Origin: Azolla caroliniana
Lineage: Eukaryota > Plantae > Polypodiophyta
Reading direction: 5' to 3'
DNA length: 64,000 nucleotides
Assembly (NCBI GenBank): GCA_043228905.1
Contig: JBHGNT010000017.1
Coordinates: 7,068,001-7,132,000, forward strand
A program made the position numbers and the translations under genes. Below the pieces are notes generated by a model, which ran no database searches, was not told the DNA's origin, and saw nothing but the letters and a program-made list of their open reading frames with translations. This document shows, piece after piece, positions 13,142 through 24,739 of this stretch. Positions within the stretch are counted from its first letter, which is position 1. The number at the start of each line of letters is the position of its first letter.

Positions 13142-13865
13142 ATGAATGACACCTATCTTAAGATTTGCTAGGGGTGGGAAGCAGTTGGCACTAGAGCTTA
13201 AATTGGCTTTGCAAAAAGCCCAAAGTTGTGGCTATAGCCTATGATTAAGTAAAGTAGATTGGTTTTAAGATTTGCCAATCTATTTTGTGAATCGAAGATG
13301 ATATTACCTCCAAAGTTGCAATGAATTTCAGATAAAAATATTCCAGCTCATACCTTTGGAGATGAACAAAATTGTTAAATTCATCAATAAGATCAAACGT
13401 TAAAGTAAGTAATGAAGCTCTTTTCTGAAGGCTGATGAATCTAATTTAGTTCTTAAAGCTTAATTTTTCTTACATCCATAAAGGAAGAAGGGGGAACCTC
13501 TTCTCCTAAGGATTTAAGGCAAGCAACACATGTAAGGTGAGGGAGTTACATGTCCAATACAAGTCAATAATTTATTGGCATAATCAAGATACAATTGATG
13601 ATTAGACTATGCCAACCATTGGAAAATGGAATGGATCGAATGATAAAAAAGTAAACTAATGTACGGTAAGCCTGCATATTGAACCAATATATAAACTGTT
13701 GAAAGATCTACATTTGAGCTTAGGCAATACTAGAGTGTTGACTTGAAAGAGTAGCCGTGATTATGTTTTGTGAGCTCTGCCTCATTATTGACTCCACATT
13801 TTACTAGTATGTTGATAGCTAGGATAGCCAAGCATGCCACCCCCACTTGAACTTAAGTCAAGAGC

Positions 13866-14043
13866 TGGTGCACGTATTAGCTCTAGAATTACTACAACTA
13901 TTTGAGTAGCAAGGTACCATCAAAGAAACTATAACTGATTTAATGAGCCATTCACAGTTTCCCAATACAAAAGATTTATGCTTACATATGCATGGCTTAA
14001 TCTTTGAGACAAGTATATGACTACCGGCAGGATCAACCAGGTG
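13866..14043 (-). rRNA. 18S rRNA 5' fragment (about 178 nt, non-functional orphan copy)
   Basis: Minus strand reads (C)ACCTGGTTGATCCTGCCGGTAGTCATATACTTGTCTCAAAGATTAAGCCATGCAT...GAATGGCTCATTAAATCAGTTATAGTT...TAATTCTAGAGCTAATACGTGCACCA, the universal eukaryotic SSU 5' end with several substitutions; truncated. Confidence 0.95.
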
Positions 14044-14493
14044 GCTATCCTCCATTACACATGCAACCCAAAAGAAATTTTTGGGTTTAGGGGTACATCA
14101 AAGGAGAGAGCTAAGTATCAAAAGTGGGTTTAGGGTCGTAAATCAAGCCTTCCATCAAAGTAGAGAGCTAAGTACCACCTACCTCTTGTATACAACTAAT
14201 GCCTTCAAGTGACCATTCTTAAATTAGCAAATCCTTTTCAGTGAGGCAATAGTGGAAGGGTTCTCATGAACACATGAATATTGAAATGTTGGAATCTAGC
14301 TTTAAGTCGGACAATCCCAATGCCTCATTCATGAGATGCAATAAAAGGGAGGTTGAAAATATATTCCTTGACAAAGATCTTTGGGCATCACAATTCACTG
14401 GATTATGCATATTTACCTCATATTTTAGGAACTTTGTAGTGTTAAGGAAAAGAGAAATTCACAAACTTAATTGATGCGTACATTGTTTGATAC

Positions 14494-15590
14494 TGTGGTG
14501 TGCACATGTTCCTTTGTGCCACCCTTTTAGCATGCATGTATCTAAGCCAACCCACCCTTTTAGCACACTCTTTTTAGCATGCATGTAGCTAAGCCAACCC
14601 AAATGGGTACAATTGTATCAACTATAAATTGAGCAACAAGTAAGAAGCTAAGTAGGTTGGTTTTGATCTCTCATGTGCATTTTACATATTGGTGGAGAAG
14701 CGGGGTACTAGTCCCCCATGTCCAAGCATCCGCCTCTTCCGCTTCGTAGGTATGCATCGCTCTTGCCACCATCAATCACTTGACCCACACTATCTTGTTA
14801 GTATCTGGTAGTAGTATCTCTTCCATTAGCACCACCTTAGTTCACCAGTTAGGCCTCCTGACATGTACCGCTCCATCCATCCAAGTCCTTTTTGGCGATC
14901 ACCAACATCTATATCACTCTCGCACGCAAGCCCGTTGCACCGTCACCTTAGGCAATCTCACTTTCTCACACCTCTTTTATGCCTTGTCCCACCAACTCTT
15001 CCCTCTCACCTTAGGTTGCGATTGGTTCCTCAAGCATCGCGCTATAATTGATTTCACTGCCCACGAGCTCCCCCGATCCCCCTCCTACACGATAGCCCTC
15101 TTGTCCCCCACCTCAGCCAAGTCCATGTGGCCCTCAGTCCACAGGAGCGATTGATCTTTCAGACAAATGGCCTCACCGAATGCCTCAACAAGACCCTCAA
15201 GCAAGAAATGGCCGCATGAATCAGCCCTTTTCGAGTACTCTATGGGCGTGACCCTTGCCTCCCACGAGAATCGTCCATTGACGTCCATTCCAACCCTGTC
15301 AACATGGACAGTGCCACTTGGGGGCTCTATCTCCAATAGATGCTCCCCTCCTTCGACAAGCTAGCTTCCAAAACCTACAAGTCGCACAACAACGTTAGAA
15401 GCACCGAGGGATTTGGCTCGTTCACTGTAGTTCGTGCCATCAGATCCACCACGTACTTGCTCTAACGATTCACCTCCTTCAATGTTGCCTGCATCATGCC
15501 CTATGCCACCCTAGGCCCAACATTTGAACCCCCCTCCTTCCCCATGTCATAACCTCCTTGTTTCTCTTAGGGGGGAAATGTGGTGTGCAC
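14494..15590 (+). mobile_element. Internally deleted Ty3/Gypsy remnant: 5' LTR 14494-14686, tRNA-Ala-type PBS, protease scrap, PPT, 12-bp stub of the 3' LTR
   Basis: TG...CA LTR; PBS TGGTGGAGAAGCGGGGTA 14690-14707; LLVSGSSISSIS/LTLGCDWF protease-like; AGGGGGGAAA followed by TGTGGTGTGCAC identical to the LTR start. Confidence 0.75.
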
Positions 15591-15679
15591 GTCAATGGGG
15601 ATGTAGTCACCTTGAACAATGTTCTTGTAAACAATCGAGAGTGATTCTATGCAGTAGAAGAGATGTATGTGTGTGTGTG

Positions 15680-15860
15680 AGAGAGATAGATAGATAGATA
15701 GATTATATTATCGTCGTCGGATGTCAAATATGACCTATGAGACCAAAAATATTACATTTCACGTGATACGTGTGAAAGCGAGTAGTGACTCTCGATGTTC
15801 AAGAACTTTACCAATGAATGTTGTAATCGAGAGGTATTAACTTCTATGACACATTTAGTT
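15680..15860 (-). mobile_element. Short 3' end of a LINE (or LINE-mobilised SINE) with (TATC)n tail
   Basis: Minus strand GGTCTCATAGGTCATATTTGAC...GACGATAA followed by a TATC microsatellite; same 3' signature as the LINEs ending at 4848 and 45172. The 5' boundary is uncertain. Confidence 0.6.
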
Positions 15861-15899
15861 ATGATACAAGATGGTGGGGTGTTCACACACTAGGGAAGT

Positions 15900-17021
15900 T
15901 GAGTTTGATTCTCAATAGTTCTCTGTCCCTAGCGTAAAGAAAAACCTTCTTTTAGTTTTCACCTTGCTATGCATACATATCATGTCCATTTTCTCTATGA
16001 CAAATGCACAATACATGATCATACAAAGTGTGATATCATTGTCATAATAGGTAGTTTGTTCAAAAACCTTTACAAGCATGACATATATCAATTTGATGAC
16101 CAAAATGCATTAGCAGTGGATGCACAAACACAAAGCAATTCTAAACTATGGCATGCTTGGTTTGGCCACTTAAATTTCAACAACCTTGCACGGTTTAGCA
16201 AGCATGATATGGTATATGCAATCTTCCTTCCATTCATGTATCATCTAATCATGTTTGTGAGGGTTGTATTCCGGGAAAGATGCACAAGTTTTCATTTCCA
16301 AAAGATGCAAATGTTTTGGCAACACATGAGCTTCAACTTGTATGTAGTGATGTATGCGGCCCAATGAGAACACCATCAATTGGAGGTTACCTTTATTTTC
16401 TTATTACATTCATTGATGATGCTACCCGACACCCTTGGGTATATCCTTTGAAGGAGAAATCCAATGTCTTTTCATGCTTCAAAGAATTCTTACACCTTGT
16501 TGAAAATCTTAGCAATCACAAACTCATTACTCTTCGCACCGATAGAGGGGGTGAGTACATATCTCAAGAGTTCAATGCTTTCTTGAAGGATAGAGGTATT
16601 ATCCATCAATGCAACACTCCATACACACCACATTAAAATGGTTTGGCTGAGAGAAAGAATGGATATCTCATGGAGATGGCAAGATGCATGCTCTATGGTA
16701 AGAACCTACCTCACAAGTTTTGGTTGGAAGTTGTAATGGGTGCGAACTATGTTTTAAATAATTGCACCAAAAAGTAATAAAAACTATCACTCCATATGAG
16801 GCTTGGACTGGACACAGCCAAATGTTGGTCACATGAGAATATTTACTAACTTGGCTTATGCATTTGTGCCACCATAGCAATTCCATAAGCTTTGACAAGA
16901 AAAATCAACAAAATGCATCTTTGTTGGCTACAACAAAGAAAGCAAAGGTTATCGGTTGCGGTTGTTTCAACCCACTACTTGTAAGTTCATCATCAACCAT
17001 GATGTGATATTTATTGAAAAT
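15900..17021 (+). mobile_element. Copia GAG-pre-integrase and integrase fragment
   Basis: LWHAWFGHLNF, LVCSDVCGP, FIDDATR, LRTDRGGEY, NTPYTPH-NGLAERKN; disrupted. Confidence 0.9.
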
Positions 17022-17815
17022 TGTAAAAGTTAGCATGCGGAAGCTAAGACACTACCGACTCATCCGGATAACAACAGAACACAAAGATGAAGGTTTAATG
17101 GAAAGTTTGAATACACAGGAGAGACAGAGTTAGAGCAGAACACAATGTCTATATTCAAAAAGACACAATAACACTATGTAGACTCTGTACATACAAATGC
17201 CCTAAAGAACACTTTTATACAATTCCTTAAAAGGATTGACTAAAGTACTGACATGTATTTCACTGTTCGTCTCACTAAGCACCAGACACTCCAAAAATAT
17301 GCCTACGTACTAGGCTAGAGTCGTAGGCCTCTAACGGCCTATCGGTTAAAATCATATCTAGATTACGATCCGACTCTCCAATCCGGTTCCTGGTTCCGGA
17401 TATCGATCCGGCTCAAGCTTATCTAGCCGGTCCAGATCCGGTTGAGCTTGTTTGCCCAACACTCCCCCTCTAGCTCAACTTGAGGTCGGATCCTTGTGTC
17501 TGTTTACGCCGATCCGTGCTGTTGGCTTCTTCTGGCGTCCCTGCGCCTTGCTCACGCTCCTCAATCCGTCTGGTCCCGCACACCTCGACCTTCTCGGTCG
17601 GCTTGTTTGCTCCCTTGGCCCAAGTCAGCTTCGTCACTTTCGTGGTGCTGGCGCCCTTCGACCCGTCGACTCCTGTGTGTCGGTCTCGGCTTCGGCTGCC
17701 TCCTTGTCCACTTGGCCTTCAACTGACCACATCTTGTCCATGTCCGCTTGGCCCTTGACCACATCTGCCCATGTCTTGGTCTTGGCCTTCGCTCATGTCC
17801 CTCTGAATAGGAAGA
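17022..17815 (-). mobile_element. Copia 3' UTR, PPT and 3' LTR (17022-17461), relative of the family at 58332
   Basis: Minus strand CTCAAGTTGAGCTAGAGGGGGAG|TGTTGGGC..ACAAGCTCAAC matches the 63581-63623 junction; LTR end GCTTCCGCATGCTAACTTTTACA resembles 58741-58763. Confidence 0.8.
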
Positions 17816-17929
17816 GAACGAACCGAATCGGATGGAGTCAATGAGATCGAAAACCAAAACCGAAATCGAAATCGAAAAGCGATTATATAACCAACTCAGA
17901 GTCCATAAATGTTGTATTTATATATTGAG

Positions 17930-18067
17930 ATGCACATAAAAGATCAAAACCAGCCTAGTTAGCTTCTTACTTCTTACTCAATTTATAGTTGATACAAATG
18001 TACCCATTTGGGTTGGCTTAGCTAAAATGGGTGTGCTAAAAGGTTGGCACAAAGGAACACATGCACA
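17930..18067 (-). repeat. Inverted copy of the LTR at 14494-14686
   Basis: Reverse complement aligns over about 140 bp (AGCTAAGCCAACCCAAATGGGTACA.TTGTATCAACTATAAATTGAG...). Confidence 0.85.
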
Positions 18068-18401
18068 TGAACGAAAGACACAATTGAGGGGTAATTTCAA
18101 TATATTTCTTTTCTTTTTTCATGCCCCATGGGTGGGGTTTAAATACTACAAGATCTTAAAAAGCCGAGTGGGGGTAGTTACACCTACTTAGGCCACCTAA
18201 CACTCACACATTAACATTTCATATTATACATTACACCTTGCACCTTACACACCATACACATTACACCTTAACCCTCTTGTACACCTATACGGGTAACAAC
18301 GGTTGTCAACTTCGCAACTGGTGTTTACTTTGGGCTGAACTTAGCTCAAACACGGGTGTCTGTTCTGGAACAATTCACCAAAGGGGTGCTTAAGAAATGG
18401 A

Positions 18402-21400
18402 TGTTATCCGGCTATTCGATTCCGATCCGACTAATTCTGGTTACTTTCGGATTTTTAAGACAAAGCCAAATTAGTTATAACATGCGTAAGATTAACAATT
18501 GAAGCGCAGAACGGCAAGTACACAGAGACCCAATAGAACTAAAATAGAACACTAATCTCATATTACTTCCGTTAACAAATTACATCAATTTCGGACCCTT
18601 TCATAGGCATCCGGTAGGAAATACAAAACGGTGCCTTATCGGCTACCAACACTATTAATCGGTGCGGATCCGGATTGGTACAACTATCCGGATCCATCTG
18701 TTCCTATAATGTTTCCTAACTAATACTCATGCTTCTAATTATAATATTATTCTCTGACTCGTCCTTGCACACATTAACCCTCCGGATCATACACTAGGCC
18801 AACACATGGCACACTCGTGGGAAAGTGCATTGCATGTCCAACCCACGGTCAACCCCCTCAATCCTCATCGAGTATGTCCAAGATACTTTGATCCAAAGGC
18901 TCGAGTGGTTCTTCCATCCGCTGCTACTCCTCCTCTGAGTACTGTTATTGTTGTTGTTCTGCTCTGGTTCCTTCCGATTGGTCTGTTCCAGCTCCTTCCG
19001 ACTATTCATTTCTGGCCTTTTCCGACTGTTGATCCGGTTGCAACTCAGGTTGTGGCTATGGCTATGGCTCCTCATCACTAATGTTAATGGCATCCGCTCG
19101 CCTTTCCACTTCCTTCGGCCGACGCTCCCTCTCATATCACTCAAATTGCAGTTGCGTGTCTAGTTGATCATCATCAAGCCTTTCGATGAGCTTCCGGACA
19201 TCCTTGATCTTGGTTTCGGCCAAGGCATAAAAGTCATCCAACAATTCTTCCCGAATGGTAACAATGCTTTCTTTATCCATTTTGTAAAAATGGTCGCCGA
19301 CCTTCTTTCGGTTCTCCGCATCCGCCTAGAGTATCTGGAGTTCTGCCGCTTGTCGCGATCATGGTCAACCCTCTCAATCCTCGTTGAGTATGTCCAGGAT
19401 ACTTTGATCCAAAGGCTCGAGTGGTTCTTCAATTTCTCCTCTGACTGTTGTTGATGTTGTTCTTCTGCTCCGGCTCCGTCCGGTTGGTCTGTTCCGGCTC
19501 CTTCAGACTGTTCATTTCTGGCCCTTTCCGGCCGCTGATCCGGTTGCAACTCAGGTTGTGGTTGTGGTTCCTCATCACTAATGTTAATTTCCTCCGCTTG
19601 CCTTTCGACTTCCTTCCGTTGGTGCTCCCGCGCATATCTCTCGAACTGCAATTGCGTGTCGAGTTGATCATCTTCAAGCCTTTCGATGAGCTTCTGGACA
19701 ACCTCGATTTGTGTTTCGGCCAAGGCATAAAAGTCATTTGACAATTCTTCCCAGATGGTAACAATGCTTTCTTCATCCATTTTGTAAAAATGGTCGTCGG
19801 CCTTCTTTCAGTTCTCCGCATCTGCCTAGAATATCTAGAGTTCTGCCATTTGTCGCGACCATTGATTCCACACCGTTGTCAAATAGTCATCTACCTTTGT
19901 CTTTGTCCGGTCCCTCCATGCCGTGACAATCATCTTGATTTGGTCAATGCCTAGTTTTCTGTCGTTCATGGCTGCTTTCTCATTCTTAAGCTTCTTGATG
20001 AGTTCAGCCGCAACGGTTGCTTGTACTTCATATTCCATCAATTTGGTTTTGTAGGTTTGTTGCATCCTATCCAAAACCATCTCCGAACGTTCCAACTCAT
20101 GGTAGTGCTATGATGTGAGCCTCATTCTTTCTTTCGCCGCTTCCTCCATCACCTTCGTCGTCATCTCACCCATATCAACCATCATCTTCCCTTGATGCGT
20201 TAGCACCTCCGTTTTTTCCTTTAACTCTGTTCGGGCCTTCTTTTGGCTTTTCTTACTACTAGTCATAATCAGACCCCAACTTCTTATGTTCTGCCTCCAG
20301 CTGCTTATGGTCCCGATATAACTTCTCAAAGTCCTCCGTTTTCCGTTTTAGGTGCTGGTTGACCTGTGACCGCAACCGATCATCTTGATCCTTTTGCTCC
20401 CGGATTTCTTCCTTTAGCCTTTCTATTTCTGTCTCTGCCATTCTCTGCAGCTTATCCTTCTCTTGCAGTGAGTTCTCTCTTTCCTCTTTCATCCGATCGT
20501 TGTTTGCTTGACTCTTCTAGAAACTTTCCTTGGTTCTCCGTTTCTCTTCCTCCACTATCTTCATGTGATCTCTCTATCTCTCTTAGTGCTTCTTGAGTGG
20601 CCAACTCCTCCTTTAACGTTTGCAGTTCTTTCTCCCGCTCACATATTTTTCCGGGGCTTTCTCCCGTAGGTTATCCGATTCTACCGGCTCTATTCTTGAG
20701 CTTGTGCTTTGGCCCATTTTTGACATGAGCACCACGAACCCCTTGGCACTTGCCAGCTCCTCCTCCAGACTTCGAATCTGCTTCTAGGCCTTATCCAATT
20801 CTTCGGTTGTCGCCAACAACCGTTTTGTTTGTTTCTGCTCCAGCCATTCGTCTTCTTCCATCTGGTTAGCCAGATCGGAAACCTGTTTTCCGAGCCACTC
20901 CAGCCTTGCTGGTAGGTTCCGTGTTGTGTGAGTACAACGAACTATTACATTGTCTCCGGCATCAGTTCTTGCTCCTCAAACCTTGGTGTAACTGGCTCCT
21001 CTCGTTTCGGTGCTCGTTTGGGTTGACGTTCCTCTTGTTGTTGCTATGTTTGAAAACCTATTGATATATTTCTTTCTTTCTCCGGTTCTTTCGGAACCAT
21101 CTTCACCGCTTCCGGTCTGGGCTCCACCACCGTTGAACGGGGAATTGGTATACTATCCTTCTTTGGACCCGATCCTTCCCCATGCTGCTAAGTTCCGCGT
21201 TGCCTCAACCGATGTTGGAGGGTTTCTTCTTCTTCTTCTTCTTCCTCTTCCACAGTTTCCTGGTGTGCCTGTCTCACCGGTTCTAGCTGCTCTCTTCCCT
21301 GCCCGTGCAGCTTGATCTTGATTGTCTTCGCCGTCTTCTCCGAAACTTTGTCCACCGTCTCTTGTCTCCATGTATCTAGCACATGTTCTTCATGTCAAGA

Positions 21401-21490
21401 CGATTCCCCTGCTTTCCATCAAGGGGTGTGTTTTGCCAGGAGTTATTGTCGTTTCGATGGTTTATTTGGCGTGATTTCTGGCCGGACCCG
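18402..21490 (-). mobile_element. 3' part of an LTR element (LTR about 18402-18804) with a degenerate coiled-coil ORF and tRNA-like motif at the PPT position
   Basis: Minus-strand E/K/Q-rich ORF fragments 19160-21380; about 500-520 bp tandem duplication (18845-19860); motif ...TCCCACGAGTGTGCCA-TG-TGTT. Left LTR boundary approximate. Confidence 0.65.
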
Positions 21491-21491
21491 T

Positions 21492-22806
21492 TGTTGGGAA
21501 TTCGGTCCCTCTAGATGAGAGCCGGAGGAGCCGGATCGGATGAGCCGAAGGAAGGAACCGGACTGGATGGATCCGGAGGATATCCGAAAATTGGATTGGA
21601 TGGATATGGTTGGTAACCAGCCAAACATGAATTTATGTATATATTCAGATGTGACTATTTCAGGTCATATTTGTAAATACCCCCAGAGTTATATAAGTAT
21701 AAATATAACTAGGGCAAGTGTGGTCATTGTTGTTGTTGTAGCGCTTGGCTGTGACAGTTATTGTTACATAGAGAGTGACAAAGAGAGAGAGAGATAGAAA
21801 CAGAAAGCCTTTTTTGTTTTGTAACTGTCGGTTGGCGAAGACAAAGAGCTTGAGGTCGTTGTCTCTGAGACTCTTACTGTAATACCTCCTCCCTATAGTG
21901 ATTCTATTCGGAGTTCTGAGAACTCCTGTGGTTTCTCCCGATTAGGGTTTTCCACTTAATATTCTGTATCATATTTTTTTTTTCTGTTTCTTCCATAGAT
22001 ATTGAGACTCAGTGGTGGTCGAGCACTATTTCCGCACAATCTGGTATCAGAGAGAACAACAAAAGAAAACAAAAATGGAAGATTCATTCGGTGGCATGTT
22101 CAAGCTCACTGGCTCCAACTACCCAATATGGAAGTCGAAGATGAAGGACATGTTGGTGGTCAAAGATCTGTGGCTGCCGGTACAATTTGGGGACAAAAGG
22201 CTAGACAAGATCGATGCCGCAACCTGGGAGTTAATGCACATGAAAATGACGGCATACATTCGATGCTTTAGCGACATGAGCCTGAACAATAACTTTAATC
22301 AAGAGAACAAGGCAAATGAGCTTTGGGAGAAGATTGGCATGATGTTGGAGAAAAAGAACGTTGTAAATTGGGTCTCGGTATTCCGGAAGATAGTGAGCCT
22401 CCGATATCAAGACAGTGCCAGCATGGCAGAGCATATGAATGCCTTTCAGGGGCTGATAAACCAGACTACCTCGCACGAAGTACTGTTAGCTGACAAGGTA
22501 TTGGCATTGTTATTGGTCGGGTCCCTTCCGGATAGCTGGGAGACATTGGTTGTCACCCTAGGCAACGCTGGACTAGAAGGAAAGAACCTATCCATGGCGA
22601 GGGTGAAGTCAAGTTTGCTAAACGAAGAAGCTCGCCGGAAGGACCGGGAGTCCGGAACTGATAAGAAGGTTTTGGTCATGGAAGACGACCATAACCGGGG
22701 AAGAGGCCGGAATCGGAGTCCTCAGAACCGGGACAAATCGGGGACGAGGTCGAAGTCAAGGGGGAGGTCCACTTGCTTTTATTGCAGAAAGCTGGGGCAC
22801 TTCTAG
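21492..22806 (+). mobile_element. Copia (Tnt1-like) 5' LTR, PBS and gag, truncated
   Basis: PBS TGGTATCAGAG at 22042; KLTGSNYPIWKSKMKDML, LLVGSLPDSWETL, CFYCRKLGH. Confidence 0.88.
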
Positions 22807-22984
22807 AAAGCCAAAGGGGGAGTCGGGATACGAGTTGGAAGAGGAAGACGCAACACATGTGGAAGCTATGCACTATGCCGCATCAGCTGGGATATGAGTT
22901 GGAAGAGAGAATCTAAAGACGATAAAGCCAGGAGCTGGGTTTTGGCCAACGGTCTTCGAGTGCGAGAAGAAAGGTGAAATCAAT

Positions 22985-23490
22985 TTGGAGGATCTAAAAC
23001 TTGCTGATCGGAAATGCAACGAGTTACCGAATGGTCGGATCCAGTCGACAATAACACAAGCTTTGAGGAGGTTGTGTGCGACAACTATGAAGCTCTTGTC
23101 GAAGAGAAGAAGAAAAGAACTGGTGAAGAAGATGGCACATCAAAGTGTCCCAACACGAGGAATGTGGGGAAAGAAGGGCAAGCCCAACCTATGCCACGAA
23201 AAGAGCTAGGAGAAACAAAAATGAAGCCCGATGGATCAAGCCAACCTGCTTGGATGGAAGTTGATGAATTTGCGAAGAAAGGAAAAGAATGAGCAGTTCC
23301 AACTTACAAGCTAAGATTAGACATTGAACAAACAACTGACTTGCGGAAGGTAGGTCCTTGAGGAGAAGGTCTTAGACAGTCATGTCGACCTTACTTTGAG
23401 AGAACTGCTTGGTATCACTAAGAAGGAATTCCATGATACTATCGTGGACCTTATTAAGTAGAAGCGGCAACAATCAAAAGTCAACTAGAC
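22985..23490 (+). mobile_element. Gypsy gag-pro linker fragment
   Basis: YKLRLDIEQTTDLRK..EEKVLDSHVDLTLRELLGITKKEFHDTIVDLI, homologous to 26120-26280. Confidence 0.65.
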
Positions 23491-23499
23491 CAAGACGCG

Positions 23500-24464
23500 T
23501 AGCCAAAAATACAGTTGAGACAGGTGGCTAGGAGTATGGCCGAACAACCACCCAAGAGAGATTGTCCGACAGTCGACATCTGGGGAAACAGAGATGATTG
23601 GGATGGACAGAGATATAGACAGAGTCAGTGAGAGAAGGCAAGGAGAAGTAGTCAATCGAAGAAGCAGAAACAGAAGAAGATAGAAAGAAAGAAGAGATGA
23701 GGGGCAGAGAAGAAAATCGAAAATTTGAAACCCGAGGGCACACAATCGGATTTTAAAAGCTCGAGGGTAGAGAGAAAATTTTAAAAATCGGAGGGCATAT
23801 GATAAAATTTCAAAAATTTGAGAGTAAAAAACGAATATTTCTAAGGGGTACAAAACATGGAATTTCGAAAACACAACTCACATGATGAAAAAAAGAATAC
23901 ACAAACACACAACACGATTTCACGACCCATGCCGCAGTGAACTAGCCGATTGGTGTATGATCCAATCACGAGTTGTGCTGACCGAATGAGAAGGTTATCA
24001 ATCGTAGAGCAGTGATCCGGTTGAGAGATTTTCCGACCGTTGAGACGACTGATGGAGTTCCGGTTGAGAAGAGTTGCCATGGCGAGTGGGTTCACGGTGC
24101 AATGCACTGTCCCACAGGCGTGCCATGTGTTACCCGTAAGAATATACAAGGAGGCATAAGGGGTGGAACACGATAATGTGGTTGATGTGTATGTCTAATA
24201 TGAATGAGTGTATGAGGAGGAGTATGTGTATGAACACATGCACATTTGTGTGCATGTGTACAAAGGTAAGAAAGTTGGTAAGCAATGTAAATCCCTACTT
24301 GTCTCATTCTTTATTTGTAACGATTACCTCTTGTAACCCATGGGGCATAATGTGATATAGCTTTTTCCCCTCTCATTTTGGTGTCATTCCTTATTTGTTT
24401 TTCACTCTCTCTCCCTCACATGTAATTCCCCTTGGGAGAATGGCTTCACCCCCACCCATCAACA
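23500..24464 (+). mobile_element. 3' end of an LTR element: repetitive 3' UTR, tRNA-like motif and LTR (about 24128-24464)
   Basis: GTGGGTTCA...GTCCCACAGGCGTGCCA-TG-TGTT at 24086-24131; candidate LTR end CATCAACA at 24464. Confidence 0.55.
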
Positions 24465-24739
24465 ATACTTAGGTAAAAGTGAGAGAGAGTAGAGAAGTAA
24501 GTAGACACACATGAGAGGTTTCTTTGCGTAATGAAACAAAAGGTTTTTGGGCAGCTACGGAGGTGAGTCTCCTTCCTCCTTCCTTCTCCCTTGAATCCAA
24601 AACGATCCTTCACATCATGTGTCCATTGTTGCACTAAGAAGAGCTGGAGCGCCTTCATAACAGGCTCGACACTCCCGACAAACTAAAAGCTGTCCAGAAG
24701 CCAATATCCGAAATCAAAAACCGAGAAGGCCAAGATGTC

